Source: Narcine bancroftii
Taxonomy: Eukaryota
Direction of reading: 5' to 3'
Length of the DNA stretch: 64,000 nucleotides
Assembly (NCBI RefSeq): GCF_036971445.1
Contig: NC_091473.1
Coordinates: 81,716,001 to 81,780,000, forward strand
A program made the position numbers and the translations under genes. Of this stretch, positions 25,522-36,479 are shown in pieces. The notes beneath the pieces are model-generated. The model did no database searches. It was not told where the DNA came from and saw only the letters and a list, made by a program, of their open reading frames with translations. Each line of letters begins with the position of its first letter. Position 1 is the first letter of the stretch.

Positions 25522-25759
25522 GTAAGATAATTATTTGCTATTTAACAAAAGATTTACAATAAAAACAAATTTGTTGCTTTTTTTTTAATGAGGCGATTCC
25601 TTCCTGGGCTATAATTGGCTTGCAAATGGTAGGAGAGGAGATGGCAGAAGAATTTATTTATAAATGGAATTTTTAATTAATTAAAAGGAAAAAAACTGAT
25701 TATTGAAATGTGTAATTTATATTTGAGATAAAATTAAATAACTTGTGGGATTAAGTGAA

Positions 25760-26420
25760 GGATTATCCTCAAAGATGCCTCTATCTCAAAACAGCTTTAA
25801 TACCCATGACTTTGGGTAATAGAATCATGGTATCAGGTGCATTGAAGGTTGTTATGATTAACAGAGGCAATTTATGACTTTTGAGGGACTTAAAAATAAA
25901 TATAATTTACCTAACAACACATTCTTCTGCTATCTCCAATTGTGATCTTTTTTGAGGGAAAAGTGGTGACCATTAATGGTTCTACCAATGTGCTCTGACA
26001 TAAAATTCTAATTTGGAAGGGGATGCAACCAAATTTTTCCAAGAGCAAAGCCCAAAATCTGAACTACATAGATCAAGGGAGAGATGGGGATTGGATTTGG
26101 GCATTGTAATCTATCTATATGTTGATAGTATGACTACCTTAATTAATTCTAGATATAGACTGATTCATTATAATTTTCTGCACCAATTATATATCACACC
26201 TCAAAAGATATGTAAAAATAAACCAAATTTTCTGATAGGTGTTTTAGGTGTGGTGTAGATGTTGGTACCTTTTCACATTCCATCTGGTTACCCACGAAAT
26301 TAAGACCCTTTTGGATAGAATTGGGGGAAGTGTTGGCATAAAACTGTGGGGGTGAACTTCCCTCTAGACCCAGAATTGTTTCTTCTGGGGAATTTAGCAG
26401 TTATAAAAGTTAATTGCGTT
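25760..26420 (+). mobile_element. L1-clade ORF2 3' fragment
   Basis: SMTTLINSRYRLIHYNFLHQLYITPQKI is homologous to the L1 remnant at 11054-11305. Boundaries approximate. Confidence 0.6.
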
Positions 26421-27426
26421 GTCAATAGCCAGGAAATGTATAGCGGTAACATGAAAATCCAATTCCCTACTTCACATTGAACATGAAAGTGCAAAGTTGT
26501 ATTCCCCTTGAGAAGATTACTTATAGTCTTAGTATGTTCATCAAAATTTGGCAACCTTATTTAGATTACTTAAATGCCCAGATTGTATAATTTATTTTGA
26601 TATTTGTCAATTAGTATACTCCTTATTAGAAATTTAATACTTTTAAAATGATGTGACTCTGAGATGTCGAACCTTGCTCCTGTTGCTTTTTCTTTTCTAT
26701 TTTCGTTCTTTTTATTTCCCTCTATTCCCTGTTGTCTGTCCCCTTTTCTTTTGAATCTGAGGAGGGGGCACAGGGAGAAGAGGGAATCTCCTTTGTGGCT
26801 TGTATTCCATTGCAAGTGCACAAAACACTCTGAGTAGAGCAAAGTTTCAGTTCAACTGATTTACTAATTCAAAATCACGTGCTTAAGAGGCCTGCGCTTC
26901 CCCGCAACCCTTGTGCCCTGCAGAGCGTAAGTGTCATTGGCTTCCGGGTTGAGGCCTTGCCCCACTCTGAGAGTCCCCTTGGATGTCGCTGGCATCCACC
27001 CGCTGCAGCCAGATTGCTTGTCAGGTGGGTGAACCACCACACCTTTTCTTTTGGACCTTATGAATATTTGTCTATGATTTTGTATTCAATGTAATATTGT
27101 TATTATATTAATTGAGTCCTATATTCTGTATTTTTTAAAAACTTAAATAAAATATTAATAAAAGATTTACAATGAAAGGGTTATTACATGCATGTTGGGG
27201 GAGGGTTAAAGAGCAAATAACAGGGCTTTTGATAAATAATTCATCTATTTTTAATTTGGAATTACAAATAAATTATTATTTTAAAGACTAATTGCTATGT
27301 TTCATTTCAGTGTGCATATGCAATAGATTAGCTTCTCAAGGATAATTAAAATACAAAACACTGGCTGCTTAAAATAATTCCAGAACAGTGCAAAATAATA
27401 TATTTCATCCTGATTTCTTCCTCCAG

Positions 27427-27495
27427 TCCGCAGGCTTAGTATTGAGAAAAGTACAGTAAAAGATCCTGTGGATTTTGAACCTTTAGCTAAGAGTG
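27427..27495 (+). CDS. HSPB11: HSPB11/IFT25 coding exon 3
   Basis: VRRLSIEKSTVKDPVDFEPLAKS (cf. human LKIEKSTSKEPVDFE); AG/GT. Confidence 0.92.
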
Positions 27496-27609
27496 GTAAG
27501 ATTATTCATCAAACTTATCAATGAAATCAATTGTTATCACAGAATGAAATTGCTTTGTCCCTATTCATCTGGTAGGTTTCACTTTTTGGTGATTCTCTTG
27601 TCTAAACAG

Positions 27610-27653
27610 AACTTGAGCACTATGAGGAACAGCTTCAGTTAGAAGAATTTAAA
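27610..27653 (+). CDS. HSPB11: HSPB11/IFT25 coding exon 4
   Basis: ELEHYEEQLQLEEFK (cf. human DLVHTEGQLQNEEI); AG/GTAAGT. Confidence 0.88.
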
Positions 27654-29884
27654 GTAAGTACTTTTTTTTTTCTTGTATTGATTATACAAGGTAGGGAGTT
27701 CAATAAAGAACAATGAACAATGTCAGGCTAAGTTGATTTCCCTTTAGTTCAAGCAATTCATGATCTGTAAGGTACATTATGAATTGGGGTTGTGGGGAGA
27801 GGTAGTTGAAAGGCATCTTATTTATAAGGAAATAGGGAATGGGGTTGATGGGAATATTCTGACATCATAGATGCATGAGCTGAATGACCTATTTTGCAAG
27901 AAAATGAGAAGCTTGCAAGTGGAAACTATAGTTTTCCCACCAGCGTAAATATTCAGGATTCCTTTATTGTTATGTAATAAACACCGTGCAATGCTACATG
28001 AAATTTGCTTTTGTCTGCTGTACAGCAGACACATTCCCCCCATCGGCAGAGATTGCCTGAAGTTCCTCTTACAGTCAGAGAAAGACAAGTAAAAGAGAGT
28101 CCCCAAGTGTCTGTAGATTTGCCTCCAGTGCTGCTGCAGCACCCGCAGCCACACAGAGTCCAGTCCAATCAACAGCTTGAGCTCCAGTTCCAAACCTCTG
28201 ACACAATCAGGAAACTTTCAACACCCTTGCACCCTCTCACATTCCAATTCCAGTACCTAGTACCTCTTAAGCTAGTCTCCAGCCAATCTCCAGCTGTCCA
28301 CCGCCTGGTGTGAACCCTTCAACCACAGTCACCTGCAGCCTCAATTCGCCTATAGCCCACTGCCTGCGTGTTCTTCAACTGCAAAGCCCTTCACTATTTC
28401 GCTGTTATGATCACCATCCCTTGGGTAATCTCTGCTTTTTCTCAATCAGTGGGCTGTTCTCCCTGCTTCCTGACGCCCTGCGTCTGTTCTGCTGCTGATC
28501 ATGAGCACTGACACCTTGAATGTAGACCCAAATAAAGCCAGTATATTGGAGCTGATGGCAATCAGACTGGGTGGCTGCATCCCATGGGAGTGCTGTGTCT
28601 CTGCTCTCTGCATTCCATGGGTGCGCATCAGCGCTGCCAAGTGGGGGTAATTTAAAGAATGTTGTACTGAGCTGACATCAATGAAGTTTTGAACACAGTA
28701 TAGTAATGGTTTGCGATAAGTCCAAAAAAACTGGCGCCAAGTTGAGGAGTAAATTAAAACAAAGATCTCAAATTCTAACAGATACGGCAACATCCCCTTC
28801 ATATTGTCTGTTTGGACAATGGAAATTGTTTTTTTGGAAGAATTAGCAAGTCACTACTTAAAGATTTTGCGAAGGAATGAAATTTTCTCTTGTAGAATTT
28901 TTGTGCAAAAAAGAAATAATTAAATCTTGATTTAAACAGGAAAGTCTGTAGAAGTTGTATGGTAACTTTTTTTTTGAAAACTTTATTTTTAATTTTAAAA
29001 TACATGTATATATTAAAAAAGAAAACAAACTAAAGTAAAATAACATGAACAAAACCCTCCCACAAAGAAAACCCCACAAGGGGAGCAAAAAACATAGATC
29101 AGTTAATTACTTACATACGCTGTGTGATATTACTAGCTTACAATATAAAAAAAAATTAAGATACTTCTAAACCCATAATTTCCAAATAAGATGACCACAT
29201 CTGAATGAAAATGAACAATTATCATGCAAATTACCATATTCGAGTATAATGCAAAAAAAATGTTCCCCCTTTTTCCCCTCAAACCAGAGGACATGGGTTA
29301 AGGATGAAAGGGGAAAAGTTTAGGGGAACATGAGGAGGAACAATTTCACACAGAGTGGTGGGAGTGTGGAATGAGCTGCCAGCTGAAGTGGTGAATGAGA
29401 ACTCAGTTTTAACATTTAAAAAGAATTTGGACTGGTATATGGATGGGTTATGGACTGGATGTTGGTCAGTGGGACTAGGCCAAAAAAAATTGGCACAGAC
29501 TAAAAGGACTGAAGGGGCCAGTTTTCTGTGCTGCCAGCCTTTGTTCCATGTAGTCCATTACACAGAAGTACTGGAGAAACCTTTGCTTCCTATGGGCGCA
29601 GCATGACCTGCTGAGTTTATCCAGCACTTTTGTGTATTGCATACAAGTAAATAAAACTTTTTTAACCTGCTTTTCTTGATATTATTTGAAACATACCGTG
29701 GGTGTAGGTTAATTTGGTTTAAATTGGACGGCACGGACTCATAGGCCAAAATGACCTATTACCGTGCTGTATATTTAAAAAAAAATTATGTAAGATTGTA
29801 ATAATGACCATTTTCTAGGAAAGCTCAGCCCACCTCTTCTTCCCCCGCACCCCCCAATAATAGTTGTCTTTGAGTTTTGAAATG

Positions 29885-30345
29885 CATGGTTAGTGTAGCG
29901 GTTACTGCAACACTGTTACAGCACCAGCAAATTCCACGTTGTTTGTAAGGAGTTGGTACCTTCTCCCCGTGTTTTTCCCAGGTTCCAAATTCCTCCCATT
30001 GTTCGAAATATACCAGAGGTTGTAAGTTAATTGGGCAGCATGGGCTCGTGGGCTGAAAGGGCCTGTTACTATACTGCATATCTAAATTTAAGATAAATAT
30101 ATTTAGGGCAGTATGGTCAGCATAGCAGTTAGTGCAATGCCTTGACAGCTCCAGTGATCGGAGTTCGAATCCTGCGCTGTCTGTAAGGTGTTTGTACGTT
30201 CTCCGTGTCTGTGTGGGTTTTCCCTGGGGGCTTTGGTTTTCTCCCACTGTTCGAGACTGACCGGGGGCGTAGGTTAATTGGGTGTAAATTGGGCAGCATG
30301 GACTCCTGGGCCGAAATGGCCTGTTACTGTACATCTAAATTTAAA
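29885..30345 (+). mobile_element. Two tandem tRNA-derived SINE copies (~29885-30090, ~30105-30345)
   Basis: Both have a GTAGCGGTTA/TAGCAGTTAG head, a TGTAAGG-GTT body and a TCTAAATTTAA tail; B box GTTCGAATCC in the second. Similar copies at ~14280 and ~33715. Confidence 0.7.
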
Positions 30346-30705
30346 GTTGAACTGGGAAATGCACTATTTTATTTAAGAGCTCCTCCTCTGTTATGAAAGG
30401 GTACATTTTGCTGTGTACAGCATTCTGCATTTAGCTGTAATGGTCCTTTCATAATTATTTCCTTCAGTCATTTCAGAGATCTGTACTGTTTCCTCATTGT
30501 TAATGTATTTTCCAGTAGAGTTCATTGGACTGAAGCAGTGACTGCTTGTTCCTAATACCAGACACCAAAGCAAATTGTTGTTTCCTTTGTAATGAACTAA
30601 CTGAATGTGTAACAAGGATCAAATATGTTTTCTCCACTTGGTCAATCAGCACTGAGCTGAGCTACTGATCAAATAAAATGAATTAAAGAACTATTTTCTC
30701 TGCAG

Positions 30706-30813
30706 CTTAATGGAACAAGAGCAACACATCTACGATTTGTTATCAAATCAGGATTTCACCATTTTGTATCAGTACACAAAGTGACAATAGAAAGTACAGA
30801 GGAAGTCACTTAA
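30706..30813 (+). CDS. HSPB11: HSPB11/IFT25 last coding exon
   Basis: LNGTRATHLRFVIKSGFHHFVSVHKVTIESTEEVT* (cf. human ATYLRFII.SAFDHFASVH.V); AATAAA at 30900-30905. Confidence 0.93.
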   Translation, partial: LNGTRATHLRFVIKSGFHHFVSVHKVTIESTEEVT

Positions 30814-31146
30814 GTGAACAGAGCACAAGTATTATAAAAACCAGACTTCACTGTTCAATCTTTCATCTCTTATGTAAAAACTTTATTGCAATTATTGTGA
30901 ATAAATGATTTTTGCTTTGCACTATTGCAATCTTCACTGGTACCTCTGAAGAGTGCATTATATTTTCAAATTGACTTAAACCCATCAAATTGAATTGAAA
31001 TAGCTTTATTATAACCATTTGGATACAATTTATTGAAGATTTCACTCCTAAATGAGCTGTTTAAAACCATGGAAATATACAAACAGATGTTGAATAATTG
31101 TTTAATATTTCAGAATATAAAATTTCAACCACTGATTTAAATGCTC

Positions 31147-31214
31147 TTAGCTAAACTTCAAAACATTAGATAACAGTCATCTTAATTTTGGCTGCAATCT
31201 TCATAAATAGCTAA
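31147..31214 (-). promoter_or_regulatory. Distal SECIS-like hairpin of DIO1 (non-canonical 3' core UAAU)
   Basis: TTAGCTA-ttt-ATGAA-GATTGCAGCCA-AAA-TTAAGA-TGACTGTTATC-TAAT-...-TAGCTAA: helix I, helix II and apical AAA are present. Confidence 0.55.
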
Positions 31215-31499
31215 AATCATTGTACTTACAATGGGTGACATATTATATTCCTCAATGAAATGTAAATATCCAGTGAAGCAGAATAATAGCTTTGGTTTTC
31301 TCCCACTGTTCGAAACTGACCGGGGGGAGTAGATTAATTGGGTGTTAATTTTGTGTAAAATTCAATGCTCTATTTGGAAAAAAATCTATTTTGCATCAGA
31401 AGTTGGGGGTGGGGGGGGGGGAAGACAAGATAACAGACAAAGAATAAACAAAAGTTAACATGGATTTCTGGGGAAAAAATCCTATTGAAGAAACATAAC

Positions 31500-32540
31500 C
31501 AGTTACATTTTCCAAATCTGTTATAAAGTAAATAATGGGAAGTTGCTGAATGTGGATTTTCAAAAAGTCAACAATAAAGTCAAAGGTTATTGTGTCAAAT
31601 TACGGAGCTTGGTGAAAGTAATGACATGAATTGAACATTAACAGACAAATCATAGTAATAAAATTGGTTATTTTAGGATGATTGGCAATAATAATTAGTG
31701 ATACCACAGGGATGTGGCCTCAGTACTTGGCCTCAGCTATTCATGATTTGAATGAGGGAGGAGAAAGGTAAATAATATGATAATAAATTGGAATGGTATT
31801 ATTAATTGTGATAGGGAGACAGAGGCTTCCAGATGACTTGGACATTAAATGGATAAAAACTTCCCAGATGTATGTAAATTGTTAAGATCCACTTTGGTTA
31901 AAAAAAGCAAAGATAATGAATTATTTAAATAGTGTTAGACTGTTGCATCTTATTCAGGTAAGAGAAAGCAAAAACACAGGAGTAACAAGAGTTAAGGAAG
32001 GAATATTAATGTTTGCTTTCATAGCAAAAAGATTAAAGGGACAACTATATTAATGCAGGGCCTTGGCAAGACCACGCAAGTTATTATAGGCGGTTTTTGG
32101 TCTCTTTCATCCAAGAAAGAATGTTATCCTAAAATGACTTTGTACAACAATTAAGTTGTTTAGGTTGGTATTCATTAGAGTGAAGAAGAATGAGAAAAAC
32201 AATCACAGTTTAATATAATCATAATAGGATAGATGGATTAGATATGGCAAGTCTTTCCCTTGACTAGGGTGTTAGATTTGAGCGGTCACTATCTCAGATA
32301 CAGGGTGAAGCAACAACAAAACATTTCTTCATTCAGAGATGGCAAATCTGTAATTTTTTCTACTGTGGACACCAAAATCACTTCATACATTTAAGGTGAT
32401 ATACATTTATAGATGCAAAAGGCATTGAGATATGGGAGGAGAGGATGGGAATAAGGAATTGAGATAATGGATCAGTCACAATTGAATTGTGGAGTTGGCT
32501 CAAAGGGCCCACAAGCTACATCTGCTTCGGTTTTTCTATT
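31500..32540 (+). mobile_element. Old CR1-type LINE fragment in the DIO1 3' region
   Basis: Degenerate RT/3' end motifs (gatttt-caaaa, gtgataccacaggg, ttcttcattcagag...ctgtaatt, CR1-like tail). Boundaries approximate. Confidence 0.55.
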
Positions 32541-32820
32541 TCCAATATTCTGGTTCTTGTTTTCCAAGACATTGAACACTGAGTTTAACATTGGGAATGC
32601 AGAATGCACAGACAGAATTCATTTTTTAGGAATCTAGGTTTTTTTTCTTCATGCTATTTTGAAAGTGTTGTCAAAGTGAGTCCTTTAGAATGCAATTGTA
32701 TTTTAAACACATTACACCACCAGATCCCAGCCCTAACTGAAAAAATTCACAGGTTAAATTATGTAATTAGTACAATTTATATTGAAATATAATCATCAAC
32801 AAAATATAAAGCTTCTTTTC

Positions 32821-32889
32821 TTCCACATTCAAATAATCAGATCCCAGTCATTGCAATTTAAAACTGAGAAAATCATGATCAATATGGAA
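32821..32889 (-). promoter_or_regulatory. Proximal SECIS element of DIO1
   Basis: TTCCATATT-gatc-ATGAT-TTTCTCAGTTTT-AAA-TTGCAA-TGACTGGGATC-TGAT-tatttg-AATGTGGAA: 9-bp helix I, AUGA/UGA core, AAA 12 nt above the core; ~80 nt after the stop codon. Confidence 0.7.
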
Positions 32890-32971
32890 AAGAAAATTTA
32901 TGGTCATATCTGAGAACATGAACACTTCCTCAGTGGATTACACCACGACTGCAAACCTGCCATCATGTTGT

Positions 32972-33037
32972 TTAACTTTGGTTTTGCAATATTAATCTTA
33001 CTTCTTCTAGATTATATCCCTGAGGTCCTCTGTTGCC
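32972..33037 (-). CDS. DIO1: Iodothyronine deiodinase type 1, exon 4
   Basis: GNRGPQGYNLEEVRLILQNQS* (cf. human GKSGPWNYNPEEVRAVLEK); acceptor TTTCAG. Confidence 0.9.
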   Translation of the reverse strand, partial: GNRGPQGYNLEEVRLILQNQS

Positions 33038-34325
33038 CTGAAATATATTAAAAAATACTGTTATAGTTGCAAATTAAATATCTTTGCCAAGGATCTTTAG
33101 GACATTTATTTGCCTTGTCTTTGATCCATAGTACACCATTTATTCTCATCAGTAATGTTGTATTGTTGCAAACCCGTGTTTCCTATGTACAGAAAAGGTT
33201 TTCTAGATCTGTGTTTAAATTCCTTTTTATGGTAAATTAACAAAAAAAATAGCAAAAATACAATTGATTAATGTTATCAATATAGAAATACTGTAGTTTT
33301 AATCAAAATCTTAAGATTTTCTGTGTATGTGAACAGTTGATTCTGTGGATTATATTAACTTGTAGGGCAAATGCAACTTATTCAAGACGACGAAGAGCCA
33401 GCATTCTGGCATCTGGTACAATTTTATTTAAACTTGAGCAAGGTCATTCTATTGTTAAACTTGGATTTAGAAGTCAAAACACCCAAAGGTTTTATTATAA
33501 AACCCATGAACATTGTCTGCCTTACACATTCTTAAGTCAATTTTCTTTTAGTAGCTCATTAAAAATTTCATTTTCTCCCCATCTTCATTGTTTATATTAA
33601 CACTAAATCTTCCCTTCATTTTAGTTCTTGGTCCATTTACAAAATGCAAAAATACATGGCTGCAAAAAGTAAAATTCAAGCATTAATGTTTACATTTCCA
33701 TGATTTAGAACATTAACGGTTAGTGTAGTGGTTAGTGCAATGCTGTTACAGCTCCAGTGATCGGGACTAGGGTATGAACCCTGTACTGTCTGTAAGGAGT
33801 TGGTGCGTTCTCTCTGTCTGCATGGGTTTTTCCCGGGGCCTCTTACTATTCAAAACTTATCGGGGATTGTAGGTGTAATTGGGCAACACGGTCTCATGGG
33901 CCGAAATGGCCTTTTACCATGCTGTATGCCTAAATTTAAATTGAAGATGTACTTAATTGCACCTCTCATCTTCTAAGTCAACAGCCTTGCCAAGTCCCAA
34001 AGAACCACCTTTCCCTTGGATACATATTTTACAATAATCCAATCTGGTTGAACAGCTGATATTTGTCCAAGGCCTAACTATTTTGTCTCCTTTGTAGTAA
34101 GAGTTGAAAGCATATTTTCTTTCTAAAATGTTTAAGAAAAAGAGAGAATAGACAGGCGAGAGATTCAATAAAACAACAGTCGCATCATCGCATCAATGCA
34201 CAGGGACATGTGGGATAGATGTATAGCATGAATTTTGATGCATTCATCTGTGTGTTGTACTTTGATAGAAACAAATATCAGTGAAACTCTTGTTTGGATT
34301 TGACCTTCAAAGGATAGTCAGTTAC

Positions 34326-34525
34326 CTTGTAAATGATTTTGCCATTGAGCACCACATACAGTCTTTCTGGCATAGCCCCATATTTGGAACTGGCCATATT
34401 ATCAATTGAGTCGATTACTATTGGACAGGGTGGCTCCTCTTTTAGGAGCAGGCTTGCAGCATTCATACGATCACTTAGTGTTTGATGTTTTTTAATATCC
34501 ACATTGTTTTTGAAAGCCCAGCCAT
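34326..34525 (-). CDS. DIO1: DIO1 exon 3
   Basis: [24 protein letters not shown]...[19 protein letters not shown]; 200 nt; AG/GT. Confidence 0.95.
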
Positions 34526-35391
34526 CTGAAACAAATAGCAATAAAATTAAGCAAATAATAAGACTTCACAAGAACTATACCACTTTTAAAAGATATAAAA
34601 GCTGAGATCATTTTGAGTAAGAAGCCCAGATGATAGACCTAAATAATGGTTAAGGAGCCATAACCATTATTAAGCTGACGCAAAATTGGTTTTGTAGTTC
34701 TTCCACCAGAAATTGGACTCTTCATTAAAGAAAGATTGCTATGTATCAATTGTTACAGCCCCATTTTAGTAATAAGACAGCCAAACCTTAAGACCAGTCT
34801 ACTAAGCCAATTGCCTTGAGCTACTTCATCTAGGATTTCTTTCTATCCTATGATAAGAAGTGGGGATGGCAGGTAGTGATTGCCCAGTATTCAATTCCAT
34901 TTACAACTGCTCAGTAAATGAGTAGTTCAGGCCTGCAAGCCACAAGACCAGGACAACATGCACAGCTGGGGCTTTGAGCAGATTCATCAGCTTACCCAGT
35001 GGTCAGTAAGGTTGTCAGATGGCTGTGCTCCCTACACCTGTTTGCTCTCCAGTCACAGGTGTTTCTGTGCTCCTCTCACATACACTGTTGCTGATCATTT
35101 CTGACTTAAAACAGTTCTCTGGGACGAAAGCCCATCATAGCATGGGGACTTCCTAGACAATTAAAAATAGCTGGTGATTTAATGGTTTCAAATTTCTATT
35201 GAAAAACAGCTCTTTTAACTTTTCAACTGCAAACCTTCCTGAATGAGAAAGTTCCAAATATCTGCACATTCATCAGCATTAAAATGTGCTGTGCTCCAAT
35301 ATTGGACACTTGGTTAGACTGCACAGATTCAGCAATTGCATTAATTTCAATGGAGAGAAGTGGCTGAGAGGGTGATTGGTTTTTTGACTTC

Positions 35392-36435
35392 TGTAATGGA
35401 ATATATATTTGGGAGATAATTGGTAAAATTAGAGTAGGTTACATACATACACACATTTTAAAACAAATCTTATTTGAAATATTGAAGAATTCATATTCAG
35501 TGAACTTTACAGAAACAATGGAGAATTTTATGCACATTTTGCAAGTAGGTGCTAATTGAAATGATGTCATGAAATGAATAGACCATTGTCTTGGAGGAGA
35601 CAAACTGGCTGTTTGCAAGTACCTAGAGAGCTCACAGAAAAGTTACTCCTGGGTTTTGTTTATCTAGGACAACAGATGGGAGCAGAAGGATAACTTGTGG
35701 TTTGCTGAAGAAGGTGGGGGATTTTGCAAGTGAGAGAGTCACATGGGCTTTCTAGCAGTCTCATTTGGGGAGAGAGAGAGAGAGAAGACAAGCTTCACAA
35801 GCTCTCTCAGCCAGTGTGTGTGTGACACTGAATAGTCACAGCTGAAACAAGCCAGGAAAAGCTTGTTGTAAACAAAGCTCCAGTGTGGCAGATGGGTGGG
35901 AGTGCTATTTGTCTGATGTTTCTCTTGGAATAAGTGGAACAGAAAGGAACTCCGCAGTAGCCTGAAAGAAAGAGGTTATCATCTGGAGAACCCTGACGGG
36001 GCAAATTTCATTAATGAGAGAGGTGACTAATGGTGGTACCTCAGTTGTGGATATCCTGGAACAACAAACATCTCTCTGCAAACCTCCAAAGAACCTTCCT
36101 GACTGGTAAACATTTACCTTTCGAGCATCAAAGCCTGATGAACTTTATACTTGTTAAATTCTAGGCACAGTATAAGAATTGCCTGCAACCAGAGAACTTG
36201 GAAGAAGGAGAAGTGAGATTGAACTGTGAAGCAAAGAACTTTTCTTAAAATTTATACACACATCATACACGTGCGCTTAGAATTAAAATGGGTTCATTTA
36301 GGTTTGTTAAGTATAGAGATAAGTTAAAGTTTGATTCTGTTTTCATGTTTAAAGATACAACTTTTGTTTAAGTAACTACTTGTCTTGGTGAATATCTATT
36401 GCTGCTGGGTTTTGGGGTCCTTTGGGCTTGTAACA
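35392..36435 (+). mobile_element. Solo LTR (~1.04 kb)
   Basis: TGTAA...TAACA termini; imperfect 4-bp TSD CTTC/CTTA; no coding remnant. Confidence 0.55.
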
Positions 36436-36479
36436 CTTAATTGTCAGGTTAAATATGTTAAATGTTACATTTTAGAACT

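Noticed and set aside
26575-27055. Possible additional LTR remnant inside the L1 fragment
   Set aside because: Has a CACCACA end but no convincing partner terminus or TSD.
29885-30345. tRNA genes suggested by A/B-box motifs
   Set aside because: Multi-copy with a shared body and tail and no cloverleaf; these are SINE heads.
31035-31090. Further SECIS-like remnant (TTTCCATGGTTTTAAA...GGAGTGAA on minus)
   Set aside because: Lacks the 5' AUGA core and pairs weakly; indistinguishable from AT-rich background by eye.
32918-32966. ATGAT...AA...TGAG just after the DIO1 stop as a SECIS
   Set aside because: No helix II pairing between the two core halves.
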